DNA of 64,000 nucleotides from Macrostomum hystrix (GCA_950097015.1 CATNEN010000038.1:9858001-9922000), one strand, 5' to 3'. Positions 37,001 through 48,797 are shown, numbered from the stretch's first letter. A program made the numbers and translations. The notes: a model not told the origin generated them from the letters alone.

Positions 37001-40000
37001 TATATTCCTAGAATAGGTCATTGCTGGTCATATATTTCCCTAAAGCAGGTCATCGTGGGTCGTATGTATCCGCACCCACTCCCACGCACCTGTGCGATGA
37101 GCAGCTCAGCGGAGTCGGATTTGTTGACGCAGTACTCAACGTAGAGTGCGGCCAGCTGCTTGCCGAAGCTCACAAAGCAGTGCCCGGTATCCTCCGGCAG
37201 GAAGCTGCTCGCGTATTTCTCCAGCTCGCCAAGGAAGGTTCCGCTGTGAAACTCGTAGATGGCTTCGATGTTGCCGAATATGATGGCCTCCTTGCCCACA
37301 ATGCCAGGCGGGGTCTGGGGAAGGATTGGGAGAAGCATTGGCTGCATATGAGCACTCTAAGCTCACCTAGAGCCTGACTAGTGCAGTAGCAACAGCAGCA
37401 GCAGCAGCTGATGGGGCTGAGTAAACACGGGAGATTAAATAGATAGGGATGCCACTCGCCCCGGCTCATTGGCTAGGACGAGCCATCCCGTCAAATCCCA
37501 TCCCGTTCCATCTAGCCGCAAATTTCGATTCCCAGAAAGCTAAAAGTCTGAGCGGTGAGCAAATACGCAACACTTTGCACCCTGCGTGTGTCTGGGCCGA
37601 ACTGCCTCATACGCATATATTGCTTATGCATATTATGCGAGTAAGCGAGACAGACGGGCGGCAGTCAAAACAGGGCTTGACTGCTTTTTAGGCTTTTAAG
37701 TAAACATGCGGCTTATAGGGAATAATGTTTACGGCCAGCGGCCAGATATTTATTACGAATGCGAGTGAGCCTGGCAAAATTGAGACGAACCAAATCTAGA
37801 AAACACTCACTATGCGAGCCGGCATAGCGCAATGTGGCATGGATAATAGATAAACCCACAAAACAGCTGTTATAAACGAATAGTTAGGATAAACTCAGAC
37901 AAGCACTAGGAAAAAAACCCCAAAACAGCAGGGATAAACCCCCAAAACAGCAGGGATAAACCCCCAAAAACAGCAGGGATAAACCCCCAAAACAGCAGGG
38001 ATAAACCCCCAAAGCAGCAGGGATAAATCCCCAAAACAGCAGGGATAAACCCCCAAAACAGCAGGGATAAACCCCTAAAACAGCAGGGATAAACCCCCAA
38101 AAACAGCAGGGATAAACCCCTAAAAACAGCAGGGATAAACCCCCAAAACAGCAGGGATAAACCCCCAAAACAGCAGGGATAAACCCCCAAAAACAGCAGG
38201 GATAAACCCCCAAAACAGCAGGGATAAACCCCTAAAACAGCAGGGATAAACCCCCAAAAACAGCAGGGATAAACCCCCAAAACAGCAAGGATAAATCCCC
38301 AAAACAGCAGGGATAAACCCCCAAAACAGCAAGGATAAATCCCCAAAACAGCAGGGATAAACCCCCAAAAACAGCAGGTATAAAGCATCAACAAACATTA
38401 GGGATTAACCCCACTAAACTGTACAAATAAACCTTACTAATCTGTACCAAATAAACCCCAACAAACTATCAGGAAAAACCCGACCAAACTGTGAATATAA
38501 ACGCCGATATGTACGGACAAAACCCAAAACCAAACTGTACGTATAAATGCCACGAAACTGTACGCATAAACCCCATTAAATTGTGGGAATAAATCCCACC
38601 TATATGTATGTATAAACCCCACCTAACTTTACGGATAAACCCCACGAAACTGTACGGATAAACCTCACCGAACTGTACGGATAAACCTAAAAAACGGGCA
38701 GGTTTTATTCCTAATCAACCAGAGCAGGGATTAACCACAACATACCATGCGGATAAAATAAAAATGCAGGAATAAACCTTAACTAAATTGTAGAATACAC
38801 CTTATTAAACAAAACAAATACGTATGATCTAATAACTAGGACCAATCCTATGAAACAACATTAAAAATCAGTGTAAACATCAGCCCTAGAAGTGCAAACC
38901 TGTAGGCCAGCGGGCGGCGAGAACATGGCGGCCTTGTACTGCGTGATGCAGGTGTTCAGATCTTTGACATAAACCCGCTCGGTGTTGATGAGCTCATTGA
39001 GAATGTAGCGCCTTTTCTTGTCCCCGGCCAGCTGTCTCTGCTCTGCCTTCGGGTCCTGCAGCGAGCCGATGCCGCTGCTGCCGCCCGAAGCCGCTGAGTT
39101 CACGCTGCTGACGGAGCCGATGCCGGAGGAGGCCCGGTCCTGCTGCTGCTTCTGCTCGGCAGAATCCAGGCCCAGTAGCTGTCGCAGCTGTTTAGCCAGC
39201 GGCACGTAGCGATCGAACTGCAACACCAGCTGGCCAATCTGCTTGCAGTGCGGATGGGAATTGCGGGCGAATGACGCAGCGATGCCGTACAGCATCTCCA
39301 CCTTCTGCGCCGTGTCCTGCGGCACAGCCGAGGGGCCGGAGCAGGGCGTCAGGAGCGTCAGCAGCTGCTGAGCGGAGGCCTCGAAGGTGACAAACTGTTG
39401 GCAGAGGTCGATGACGCGTTTTCGTTGAGTCCAGGACTCCAGAACCTGGCTCTCGGCCTGGGTGAGCTGGTCCTGCCCGCTGACCACCAGGGCTTCAACT
39501 GAACCGGCGTGCTGGCCGCCGCTGCGGTGCAGGTACTTCATGAAGGCCTCGGAGGTGCGCCGGGCGAAACGGCAGCCGCGCAGGAATGCGTCCTTTTGCA
39601 CGGCGTGTTTCTGGGCTCGCTCGGCAATCTGCTGGACCCGGTCTGGCCCCGGAAGAGCTGAGCAGGCGTCCTCCGAGCGGCTGTAGTCCTTCTGCAGGTC
39701 GCCAAGCACCGATGACACCTGGCAGGAGATTAACCATGTAACGAGAGTGGATTATCTGTCTGAAGATTATCTACATGAAAAGGATTATAGAAATTTAACT
39801 TCATTGAAAGTGCAAGACTGATTAAAGTTATCCTTATCCATGTGATTATCTGTGTTATAAGGGATGTATTATAAATATTATACGATCTTAATATATTCAT
39901 GAGTTCATAGGGGGTGAGTGGCAGAGCTCGATCCCGCGGCGATGCCATTTTCATTTTAAGCACAGCCGAGAGAAGGCTTGCATTGTGTAAGTATACACTG

Positions 40001-43000
40001 CCTGACGATGAGCAAGTCAGGGCAGATGTACACACGTGTGTGCGTGTGTGCTCAGGAGCCAGCGAAATGGACAGAATTGCCTCCTCGCTGGCTGTGGGTC
40101 ACCAAATGAAGTGCCATTGCATGCAGCCCTATTGCAATCATTACTATAGCTTTTATCTACCCGTACAAATACATGAATGGGATAATTAATGTGAAGTCAA
40201 TATGAAGGAGATATGACTCTGAATGTAAACCTGCAAGGGGGATTATTAATTGAAATATTTTCTGGAACAAAAATTATGAAGGGAGACCAAGTTATCTGCG
40301 TAAATTTACTTTACCAAATTTTAAACAAACACCATAGAATACTGACGCTTAAAGAACCGACTTGACCCTGAGATTCTTTTCTAGAGGTCTAACACACTAT
40401 CTATAGCGGGTACTCGGTAACCAGATACTCAGCTGGTGGTGGGGGGAAGGCGGGGCGGATGTTTGAGCAGCTTGTCGCCCTAACCGTTACGTCTAGCCGG
40501 GAAGAAGCAAACACTGAAAATGTCAAGCCAATGGCTCAGTTTGATTTCAGTTTCGGGATTTATTAGCACAACTTTAGCAGCCTGGTCAAACATTCTCCAA
40601 ATCAATGTAAAAAAGAGCTAACAAAACAAAACCGCTTTAGAACCAGCCTACTTATAGTAGAAATATATGTTAAAATTATAGTTATTTTACCAGATGGCAA
40701 AAAGGAAACTGTTTGTGTCACCTGATCGACTGCGATGAACCAGTTAAGCGCGGCGTTGATGAGTTTGGAACGCTCCTCGGCAGCATTGAGCAGTCTAGAC
40801 CAGCGCACCTGCAGACTGTGCTCCAGTTCGCGCACATCAGAACACCTGGCGTGATCAGATTTCACCTGTTCCAACTTGGTCACTAAAACGTACGCAGATG
40901 TATAGGTGCGCTCGAGGGCTTCGCGGAATTTGTCGTGATCGCGTTTTAATTGCTCGGCCTCGGTGTGATTGTGCGGCAGCTTCGTGGCCGATGCGGCCAG
41001 CATTGCATCACCATTGCCAATCCACTGGATTATTTGGCGACCTGCGGGCCACAGTTTAACCAATCGGAGCTTGGGGATTTGGGTTGGTGAAAATCAGTCA
41101 GGCTGAATGTACACTTGGGGCAGGAGTTGTAGACCAGGGTCAGTGTGAATGTAAATTGGGGGGGGCAGTAGTTTGATGCTAGTGTCAGGGTGAATGTACA
41201 TTGGGGAGGGCAGTAGTTTGATGCAAGTGTCAGGGTGAATGTAAACTGGGGGCGGGAGATGCAGGCCAGAGGAATGTACACTGGGGGCAGGAGTTTTAGG
41301 CTTGTCAGGGTGAATGTACACTGGGGGCAGGAGTTTTAGGCTTGTCAGGGTGAATGTACACTGGGGGCAGGAGTTTTAGGCTAGTCAGGGTGAATGTACA
41401 CTGGGGGCAGGAGTTTTAGGCTTGACAGGGTGAATGTACACTGGGGGCAGGAGTTTTAGGCTAGTCAGGGTGAATGTACACTGGGGGCAGGAGTTTTAGG
41501 CTAGAATCAGGTTGAATGAAAACTGGGGGGCAGGAGTTGCAGGTCAGTCAGGATGAATGTACACTGAGCAAAGGGGAAGTGAAGGGTGATGGAATCTGAT
41601 TACAATAATTGCGCTAAGTGCACAGGAGACTAACCTTCAGCCTCCAGCTGGCGCCACTCCAACTCGGCGCTAAGCCCGGCTCGCCGCTCCTCAACATCCT
41701 GCGCCTGACCGTCCAGCTCGGTGAGCAGTCGCTGCAGCCGACCCAAGGCGTCCTCTTCGTCCGTAATGTGAAAATCGATGCCAACAGTTTCGAAAACGTT
41801 AATTAGTTCGCCACCTTTGAGCAGGACCTCTTCGGCTCGTTTAACCGCCTGGATGTGCTCAGCGATACTGTGCTCAAGCTCTTCCGGGCGCATGTCGGCC
41901 GGCTGGGTTGGCAACTGAGCGGGTAGGCGGGCTAGTACGGACTGAGCGTTCTCCCAGTCTTCCTCGAACAGCTGCAGCTGCTGACAGAGGTCCAGACGTA
42001 GGCGGTGATGATCGGCCACCTCCAGAGCGGTGGTCACCTCGGCAGTCACCTGTTTAGAATGAATGGAGTGAGAATAGGATTCTAATGACAGAATCAGCTA
42101 GTGAAAAGCACGACAGTCTAATAATAATAGGACTTCAAAACTCACCTGACTTAAAACATTTTTAATATAGGTATCTTCGTCGGGATCCAGCGACAGGTTG
42201 AGTAGGTAGGCGCCCTCGTCGCTGAGCTGGGCATAGCTGGTGTGCGCCAGCTGCAGGCTGTCGGCGTGCGCCGCGATGGCCTTCTCCAGCTCTATAGGCT
42301 CTAGCTGGGGACATTTTTCCTGGGGATGGGAGGCGATTCGGAGGTGAGAATACATCTCAAGTGACGAAGCCAGTCTCCAAGTGAGGAATATGAGACTCGA
42401 CGTGACGGAAACCAGAATCCACCTGAGGGAAAGGAGACTACCTGAGGAAAATGAGACAACCTGAGGGGAATGAGACTACCTGAGGGGAATGAGACTACCT
42501 GAGGGAAATGAGACTACCTGAGGGCAATGAGTCTACCTGAGGGGAATGAGACTACCTGAGGGAAATGAGACTACCTGAGGGAGATAAGAATCCACCTGAG
42601 GAAACTAAAATGCACAATAGGAAAATGAGACTCTACCTGAGGAAAATGAGACTCTACCTGGAACAAAAATTTACCAGACGAAACGAAAATCCCCACGACG
42701 AGAATCTACCTGAAAATGAGACTCCACTTGAAGTGAATGTCCTAAAGACACTGATTAGAAGGCAGCTCACCTGCGAGCTGGCGGTCTTAAGCCGGCTGAC
42801 GAACTCCAGCAGCTCCCTAGTTCTATGGTAAAATCCGGCAGCCACATCCAGGGCCTCGCGCCGATTGGACATGGCCCGGGTGAAACTGTCGATTCGCCGT
42901 TTCAAAGTCTCGGCGTCGCTTAGCAAGCCGTCGTTGTCTAGCTCCGGCGAGGGCGCCAGATCGTCCACGGCCCTGATAAGCTTATCAGCATTTACTATAG

Positions 43001-46000
43001 TGTTGTTAGCCACCTGCTCAAACTGCATGTGAGCATTGTAGAGAGTCTCAGCCCTGGCTAAAGACTTGCCAACAAAGACCTGCTTGGCCAGGAACGGGTC
43101 GCCGTGCTCGCTAAGCCAGGCCAGCACCTGGGCGCAGTCCTGCTTGAAGTGAAGCGCAGAGAGGCGGTGGAACAGGTGCTTCTTACGCTCGCCGCCGGCG
43201 GCCTCCAGGCATCGGTGAGAGTGCAACAGGCGGTGGATGAGGCTCAGGCAGTGCTGCCTGCTGGTCTCAAAGTTGATCTCCGCAACCAGAGCATTTGGCG
43301 CAGGCGTCTGCAAGTGGGTGATGATGGCCTTGCCAGCGAAGCAGGCCTCATTGTAGGCGGCCTGCTCCTGCTCCCACACTGCCTGGGCGGTGGCCAGGTG
43401 AACTTCGACCTCCTCGATAGCCCGGCAGCGGTCAGCCATCTGCAGCCGGTCCAGCTGGTAGTTCCAATGATCCACACGGCTCAGGTACTCCTCGGTGCGG
43501 TGATGGAAGCAGTAGCTCAGGTCCAGCACCTTGGAGCGGTCTGCTAGCACAGTGAGCACGGCCTGCCAGTCCAATGTGAGCTCCCGGGACCGCATAGTCA
43601 TCTCCTTGCCTGCGTAGTGCCCGGACTCGTAGAGCTTCTCGGCCACAGCCTCCAGCTGGCGCATCTGGTCCTTGGCGCTGTCACAGTTGGCCAGGTAGGC
43701 CTTGTGGCTGTCAACCAGGGTCAGAACCTGGCAGGTGTAATGGCGATTGTATTAGACAGATAAAATATCAAGGCATTTTAGGATCTGAGTTTCTAGGGAT
43801 CTGGGGTTCTGGGAATCTGGAGTTTCTGGGATTCAAGGTTTTGGGCATCTGAAGTTTTAGGGATCTGAGGGGGTGAGGAATGGGGATAAGGATCTGAGGA
43901 TTCAAGGATATGAGAATCTGGGGATCTAGGGATCGGAGTATGAGGGGATCAGAGCATGAGGGGATCAGATTATGTGGGGATCGGAGTATGAGGGGATCAG
44001 AGCATGAGGGGATCAGAGTATGTGGGGATCGGAGTATGGCGGATCAGAGTATGAGGGGATCAGCCTGTGTGTGGATCGGAGTAAGCGGGGATCGGAGTAT
44101 GTGGAGATCGGAGTATGAGGGGATCAGAGCATAAGGGGATTAGAGTATGTGGGGACCGGAGTATGTGGGGATTGGAGTATGTGGGGATTTGAGTACGGGG
44201 GATCAGAGTATGAGGGGATCAGACTGTGTGTGAATCGGAGTAAGCGGGGATCGGAGTATGAGGGAGTTAGAGTATGTGGGGATCGGAGTATGTGGGGATT
44301 GAAGTATGTGGGGATTTGAGTATGGTCAGACTGAGGGGATCAGCCTGTGTGTAGATCGGATTAAGCGGGGATCGGAGTATGTGAGGATCAGAGGGGATCA
44401 GAGTAGGAGGGGATCGAAGTTTTTGCACTGGAATCTGAGGATCTGGAGGACCTGAGAATCTGTGGGATTCAAAGTTGTGGGGGATCTAAGGAACTAATGA
44501 TTGTTTAGGGAATAGGATCTTGCTAGGAACAATCAGGGGCAGGATAAAAAGCACACCTGGTCGGCGCTCTGCCCGATGTCGCCAAAGCAGCCTAATAGAA
44601 AGGTGCGCTGCTGGTGCATCCAGTTGGCCATGCGACCCACGTCCTCCTCGAACAGGCGCAGCTGATAGGCTTGCTCGTGCGCCACCCTAGTGGACTCCCA
44701 CTTGTCCACCAGATGGCTGCGGAGCTCGTACAGGTGATGAATGGCGTCAGTGACAGCCGGGGCCAGCTGCTGGAAGTCGGTGTTCATGCTCACCCAGCTG
44801 CTGCTCACTGATTCACCCTTCGAGCCGCAGCGGAGCCACTGGGCCAGGCGGGCCGCCTCAGCCTCCAGCGAGTGGACCGGCGCCTGCACCACCTGTCGGA
44901 ATGGGTAATTATTATAGGTAGGAAAAAATTTATTAGCCTACTATCAGTAGCGATACAAGAGTTATTGTAGAAAAAAACATCGATAGTTAAGTTCAGACGG
45001 CAAGTAGAATTAATGTTAACTTCACATTAATGTAGCGAACAGCTGATAATGTCGCTTAAGAAAACAGTAAAAAAGAGTGGAAAATGATATGTTTGTTGCA
45101 AAGTTTATTTCACGTGCTAAATTTTTATTTAGAGACAAAAAGTGCCGCCAAATATCAATGGTTGCTAGAATACAAGAAGCATGAAAGAATCCGAGCTGAC
45201 TTTAGTGCAAGAGAAAAATATTATCTAGCCAATGGTGTGAATATTTTCTATGAATATCGGCCAATGTATGGGCCAGGAAAATGGCCAATGTAAGGGCCTA
45301 TGGGCCAGGATAAGGGCCAAAGTAAGGGACTATGGGCCAGGATAAGGGCCAATGTAAGAGACAATGGGCCAGGATAAGGATCAATGTAAGGGACAATGGG
45401 CCAGGATAAGGATCTGTATTACGTGGGGTGATTAAGGCTGGGTGTGGCGCGCGCTCCCACAGTCCATGGACTGAACAGCCCAACGCAGCCTTTAGATGAC
45501 CCAATCGGGGCAAAGTGTAAAAAGCGATGATTAAATAAGGGCCACTGTATGGGACTCAACCAGCTCTGACCTTGTTCTTCTGAGCTCGATGCACCTCAAC
45601 CAGATGCCTGGCCTGCTGCAGCGTAGCCGGCGTGACACGGCTGTCCAATGCGTGGTACAGCTGGGTCAGCTTTTCAGACATGTCGTGCGACCTAAAGAAG
45701 AAATTTTCTAGGCGGCAGCGCAGTTCCACCCATTCGCGCGAGTCGAACGGCAGGCTGCCCTCGAATTCGGTAGTGAGCTGGGCCGGGTCAATGTCGGCAA
45801 ACAGGCCGTCAATGTTAACCAGCTTGATTTCGAAGTTGTACTTGCCGATGGCCATCTGAACCCGCTGCTTCTCTATGAAGCTCTCCGGCTTGATGATGTA
45901 TGTGATGTCCAGGGAGTCGGACAGAGTCTCGTCTAGCACCTGCGACACGGGTTTAAGTTTGGCAACTATAATTGGCTGGGTACGTCTGAGTTCTCAGTGT

Positions 46001-46720
46001 GATGGGTGAGTACAGAGGGCGAGGAAACATTGGGTAGGCGCATGAGTAGACAGGGTAGGCGCATGAGTAGACAGGGTGGGCGCATGAGTAGACAGGGTAG
46101 GCGCATCAGTAGACAGGGTAAGCGCATGAGTAGAGAGGGTAGGCGCATGAGTAGACAGGGTAGGCGCATCAGTAGACAGGGTAAGCGCATGAGTAGAGAG
46201 GGTAGGCGCATGAGTAGAGAGGGTAGGCGCATGAGTAGAGAGGGTAGGCGCATGAGTAGAGAGGGTAGGCGCATCAGTAGAAAGGGTAGGCGCATGAGTA
46301 GACACAGTGGGAGAGCGAGTCTCGTACCTTGAGTATAGGCTTGATGGAGCTCCAGGCGGCATGCCGCATGTCGATGACAACAGTGAAGCGCAGCTGCCTG
46401 ACCCTGGCATCCGGCAGGTAACTGAGATATTTCACAAGCAGCATGAGCTGATCAACAGCAATCTTCTCGGTGTCCACCCGGCCAGGGAAGCACATGATGG
46501 GCCCGCCGCGCCTGTCCCTGCCGCCTGGCAGCATGGCCACCCGCTGCTCCAGCAGTGGCCGCAGGTCGGCCGCCCGCAGAGCCGACTGGTGCGCCGATGG
46601 GCGATAATATTCGGCCACATCGCGATCAACGCCGCTGTGGGCAAAGTCCAAATCTGAGGAGCCGCCGCCGCCGCCACCGCTGCCGCTGCTGTAGCCGCCG
46701 CCGCTGCCGCGCGCGCCTCC
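30909..46720 (-). CDS. trio: Trio/Kalirin/UNC-73 family RhoGEF, ~2490 aa; no Ig or kinase domain
   Basis: Exons 46328-46720, 45571-45939, 44557-44892, 42771-43727, 42146-42304(or 42319), 41635-42049, 40722-41041, 38900-39718, 37090-37314, 33495-36571, 31163-31382, 30909-31079. Sec14 motif LPGGRDRRGGPIMCFP, spectrin repeats, DH1 (ILNELINTERVYVKDL; YLIKPVQRITKYQLLL), PH, SH3, DH2 (ELIDSEESYV), PH. Start codon not located. Confidence 0.92.
31163..31382 (-). CDS. trio: Trio penultimate exon
   Basis: tttcag| acceptor, phase 2 to 0, TATSKLVFGSS...SRSGTK|gtgag. Confidence 0.7.
31480..31965. repeat. 19-20-nt minisatellite, Trio intron
   Basis: Unit ctactctcctaatctg(c)cat. Confidence 0.93.
32745..33455. 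repeat. 19-nt minisatellite, Trio intron
   Basis: Unit gttagacacatggtaacct. Confidence 0.96.
33491..36571 (-). CDS. trio: Trio 3 kb exon (end of DH1, PH1, SH3, DH2, PH2)
   Basis: 1038-aa ORF in the track; acceptor cag|GCC at 36571; the stop TGA overlaps a GTGAG donor, so the exon ends at 33495 if spliced. Confidence 0.93.
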   Translation of the reverse strand, partial: AGSFFEEVQARLSINGPLQSYLIKPVQRITKYQLLLKDLLDNCEPASTSEIQEGLDAMIAVPKKANDALHLSMLDGLPDGDRLARFGDVLLHDAFVVWEPRQLIRKGRDRHVFLFDLCIVFAKEVAASDSDSGGGGGGYVSGTKTRYQFKQKFTLSNCSITEQVDSDPCKFGMWPAGAPIRDEYRFTLKANCLETKQQWVNLMREAIQDKFCGMPTLYPRNSLSTGSKSSDSSMGAPVECAVQEDYQAARPGEISVSAGQLCELIELLPNEMAAVRLLGDNTEGQLPASILRKTQQQPRQQQQQQQSRTSFRKWLPKTKKPFRRSSKSELLEVAAALPKKLAAAQKAQQLQQQPALPQQQQAASAPTAQQQTAQQLAVKEALLDNVSEESVELELPPPMEALQDLPALDNEADDTETDLGQAIVEGRCYQDLVEEDEDGAAEEEEEDEGETECDDSDCDGRRGGGAGGTSGGGGPAGNNGDCSSCSSETPPPPATRSSDRGKSSGGGSGGPAEPLDADTVSGAGSASGNDSASQNNVDLAGNEQEKVNGYGGDDGSFSGSGSGDGDGRRDGDEQSAAAVETATAGSERRRHAILELIDSEESYVKKLQYVATHYIPLKDAPALDQQQQQQLPPPPADLREKWRLVWGNWLRLLDGHRELLARVRQAFDNTGMDSVAGAFIAKERHLTSWYSKYCENHRKAQHIACEQHRDYFEQARLSLRDKEDMNSHLMSPVQRCMRYSLLVSVIVDKARKDGLTGPSMAAWERMHRLMRDLPLKTESIMEASRIDNLEPGIRVTALGQMRCKALLGVCNLPGHLYNPAANPSPSQLRFDQRKVFLFDQMMLVTEPKSSGGGGTPNLQQRFSRQSVLQLTDASALQTVYLYRGKVKVNNMRFHSVYVSSSDGEQQQQQAPPSGGGDSAAAQLLFAITDATPGAVATFVFEAGSPAVWQQWVTELASMQQQQADFLKLLQNPVAAAGGEAFLQDFSSSSASATLHALDDNLLTAAAAAPGLVGNNSAAGASKGKKK
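36640..37000. repeat. 26-nt minisatellite, Trio intron
   Basis: Unit gtgggtcaaccctacagtaggtcatt. Confidence 0.9.
37090..37314 (-). CDS. trio: Trio exon (DH1 core)
   Basis: TPPGIVGKEAIIFGNIEAIYEFHSGTFLGELEKY...YVEYCVNKSDS. Confidence 0.93.
37905..38700. repeat. ~22-23-nt minisatellite with degenerate tail, Trio intron
   Basis: Unit aaacagcagggataaacccccaa up to ~38380, then diverged actgtacggataaacc units. Confidence 0.9.
38900..39718 (-). CDS. trio: Trio exon (last spectrin repeats, start of DH1)
   Basis: KDAFLRGCRFARRTSEAFMKY...KKRRYILNELINTERVYVKDL. Confidence 0.92.
39920..40115 (+). mobile_element. Structured SINE-like element, family B (Trio intron)
   Basis: Colinear similarity with 52670-52975 (gagctcgatYccgcggcga, cagcc..gagagaaggcttg, acactgcctgaYgatgag, tgtgtgctca, cagcgaaatgg, gtcaccaaa). 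Confidence 0.65.
40722..41041 (-). CDS. trio: Trio exon (spectrin repeat)
   Basis: RQIIQWIGNGDAMLAAS...EAEQLKRDHDKF. Confidence 0.9.
41095..41570. repeat. 40-nt minisatellite, Trio intron
   Basis: Unit cagggtgaatgtacactgggggcaggagttttaggcttgt. Confidence 0.92.
41635..42049 (-). CDS. trio: Trio exon (spectrin repeat)
   Basis: RLRLDLCQQLQLFEEDW; phase 0 to 1. Confidence 0.9.
42146..42304 (-). CDS. trio: Trio exon (spectrin region)
   Basis: LEPIELEKAIAAHADSLQLAH...NVLSQ; alternative in-frame acceptor at 42319. Confidence 0.8.
42420..42730. repeat. 19-nt minisatellite, Trio intron
   Basis: Unit acctgaggggaatgagact. Confidence 0.88.
42771..43727 (-). CDS. trio: Trio exon (spectrin repeats)
   Basis: FKQDCAQVLAWLSEHGDPFLAKQVFVGKSLARA. 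Confidence 0.92.
43780..44490. repeat. Degenerate ~16-20-nt minisatellite, Trio intron
   Basis: ggggatcggagtatgt and ggggatcagagcatga variants. Confidence 0.88.
44557..44892 (-). CDS. trio: Trio exon (spectrin repeat)
   Basis: QAYQLRLFEEDVGRMANWM; GT-AG, phase 0. Confidence 0.9.
45260..45412. repeat. ~32-nt minisatellite, Trio intron
   Basis: Unit gggccaggataagggccaatgtaagggacaat. Confidence 0.8.
45425..45500 (+). mobile_element. 3' fragment of SINE family A
   Basis: cagtccatggactgaacagc...acgcagcctt shared with 62172-62210. Confidence 0.6.
45571..45939 (-). CDS. trio: Trio exon (end of Sec14)
   Basis: VLDETLS...IDPAQLTTEFEGSLPFDSREWVELR. Confidence 0.92.
46030..46302. repeat. 21-nt minisatellite, Trio intron
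   Basis: Unit gcgcatgagtagacagggtag. Confidence 0.93.
46328..46720 (-). CDS. trio: Trio 5'-most recognisable coding exon (Sec14/CRAL-TRIO)
   Basis: LRAADLRPLLEQRVAMLPGGRDRRGGP...IDMRHAAWSSIKPILK; 5' boundary uncertain (46720 or 46724). Confidence 0.85.
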
Positions 46721-48381
46721 CTGACTGTGAGCCAGAATTGAGCCAGCAAAATAATAATGGAGTGTTTAATAATTAGCCGCTGTCTTTCCCAATAGAAGCC
46801 GATTGGTTTGGAAGTTTAGCTGTGCTCAGGGCCGCAGGGTGCGACACTGTGCTGCAGGGAAGCCTGCAGTATAGGGTGAGATTCACAACTAGACATAAGG
46901 TGACAATTAAAGCTAAACAGGTAGTATAATTAGCTACACTACTAATTTATTATTCCATTACATTAAATACCTATAAAATTCCAACTACAAAAAAACAAAA
47001 AATATGTGGTGTTTAATCAATTTATATCTAGAAATGTATTTTGAGATAACAATACTTAAATTGTTATTTAATTATCACAATTAGTGTAACATTAAACTAT
47101 TTTAAATATGATAAAGCTTCTGAATTTATTAGACACAAAACAGACTAGTCAGTTCAATCATATTTACTTTCGCAACAGTCATTGATATATAGGGAGTCCA
47201 ATGCTGCTTTAAAGACAGACTTAGTCTAGAAACAGAGGAGTCACTAAGCATATCTTAAGTGTTCAACAAAGAATTATTCTCTGTTTCTTTTTTTCTCTTT
47301 CTTTTCTAGTCTCCTTTCTTTTAGAAATAAAATATGCAACATTTAGGGTAATCCTTTGACCTTCAATGACTAGGAGAGAATTTATAGTAAGCTAAGGCAC
47401 ACATTTTTTAGTTAAACAAATAGGCTTTTTGACAACTTTTTTGGACCTAATACTTCCTTAGTCCCTATAAAAAACTTATTTTCTATTAGGTGATAGAAAA
47501 CCTTGAGCTCTATAGAGTAAAATACAATAATAATTCAACCTATCTTAGCTATTAAGGGAAATATCAAAGAGAGAAAGAAAATCAGAACTAGATAAATGTT
47601 ACAATATTACTTTATATTATATAATTATTAAATAACTGAAAATAAGTTGTGCAACTGAAACAATGACATTTAAAGTAGGCTTCTAACTAAAGAATCACTT
47701 TAATAGCTTTAAACATAATATATTTTGGTAACCATACATGTGCAACCTCCCAAATCTTAGCTGGTCGTGCGACTTAGTTTTTGCTCTATTTACGACTTAG
47801 TTTGCTCTCATTTGCAACTTAGTCCGTTTCATTGATTAATTTATGACTTAGTTTGCTCTTATTTGCTCTCTTTTTCTCTCCCCTTTTTCCTTTTCTTCAT
47901 GCCTTCCTTTTTGTCCCTTGGCCCCCCTTTGATTTTTTTGCACTTGGTCGATTGGTTTTTGCGACTTACCTTGCTTGGCCCTTGTTTCACCCACCTGGTT
48001 TGGCCGGGTGTTGCGCATGTATGTTGGTAACAGCTTCTTTTGCAAAGATTTTTTGATTAATGACTAACATTTAAAATAAAAAAACTAGTTACAGTGATAA
48101 ATGCTACCTTAATTAAAAGTTATTGTTGTATTAAGTGATATTTTATATCTAATAAAGTTAGAGAATAGAGATGGTGTTGCTAGATCATTTTTTAGAAAAT
48201 CATCTGTAGCATGAAAAAATCTACTGATCAAGATTCATGTTTCTATCCATGCGTAAAAAATTATAAAGTTACCAAAGTTGTTTTAATTCTAAAGCCCTAT
48301 TATTCTTAGTGGGTTATTACTTTTGGATGGATCCTGTCATTAAATCCATTATGATGCCCAATCATAACAGAAGGCCTACTG

Positions 48382-48797
48382 GGCTATGGTGGAGTTCCGC
48401 TTGTTATATTATTTTGCAATTTCAAAATGGTGCCAAAAGCCCGGTAATGCAACGGACGATTTGGCATGACATGCCAAATGTGGAGGGCACCTGGGCACAT
48501 GCCAAGGCCAGGCTGCGACAGATGCATGGCACATCGGATGCACTATTTGAGTCACATCTGCAGGAGTACATGTGGCGCCGTCTATACCCAGTCAATGCAT
48601 TCAGCAACTTCATGTATTGGGTATCCCACTATTATCCAACTTGATGAACAGATAAGGAACTGATGAACCTCTGATGAACTTTTCTGAGTGTCCTCGTGTT
48701 GTTTAAATGTTGCTGCGTTGGTCGTAAAACTTGTTTAACCTGTCTGCAGTCATTTCAAATAGCAAAATAATATAACAAACGGAACTCCACCATAGCC
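48382..48797 (+). mobile_element. Merlin (IS1016/IS1595-like) mini-transposon, 416 bp, 9-bp TSD
   Basis: ~47-bp TIRs starting GGCTATGGTGGAGTTCCG; GGCCTACTG at 48373-48381 and 48798-48806; internal peptide NVEGTWAHAKARL...GTSDALFESHLQEYMWRR is typical of a Merlin transposase C-terminus. Confidence 0.85.
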
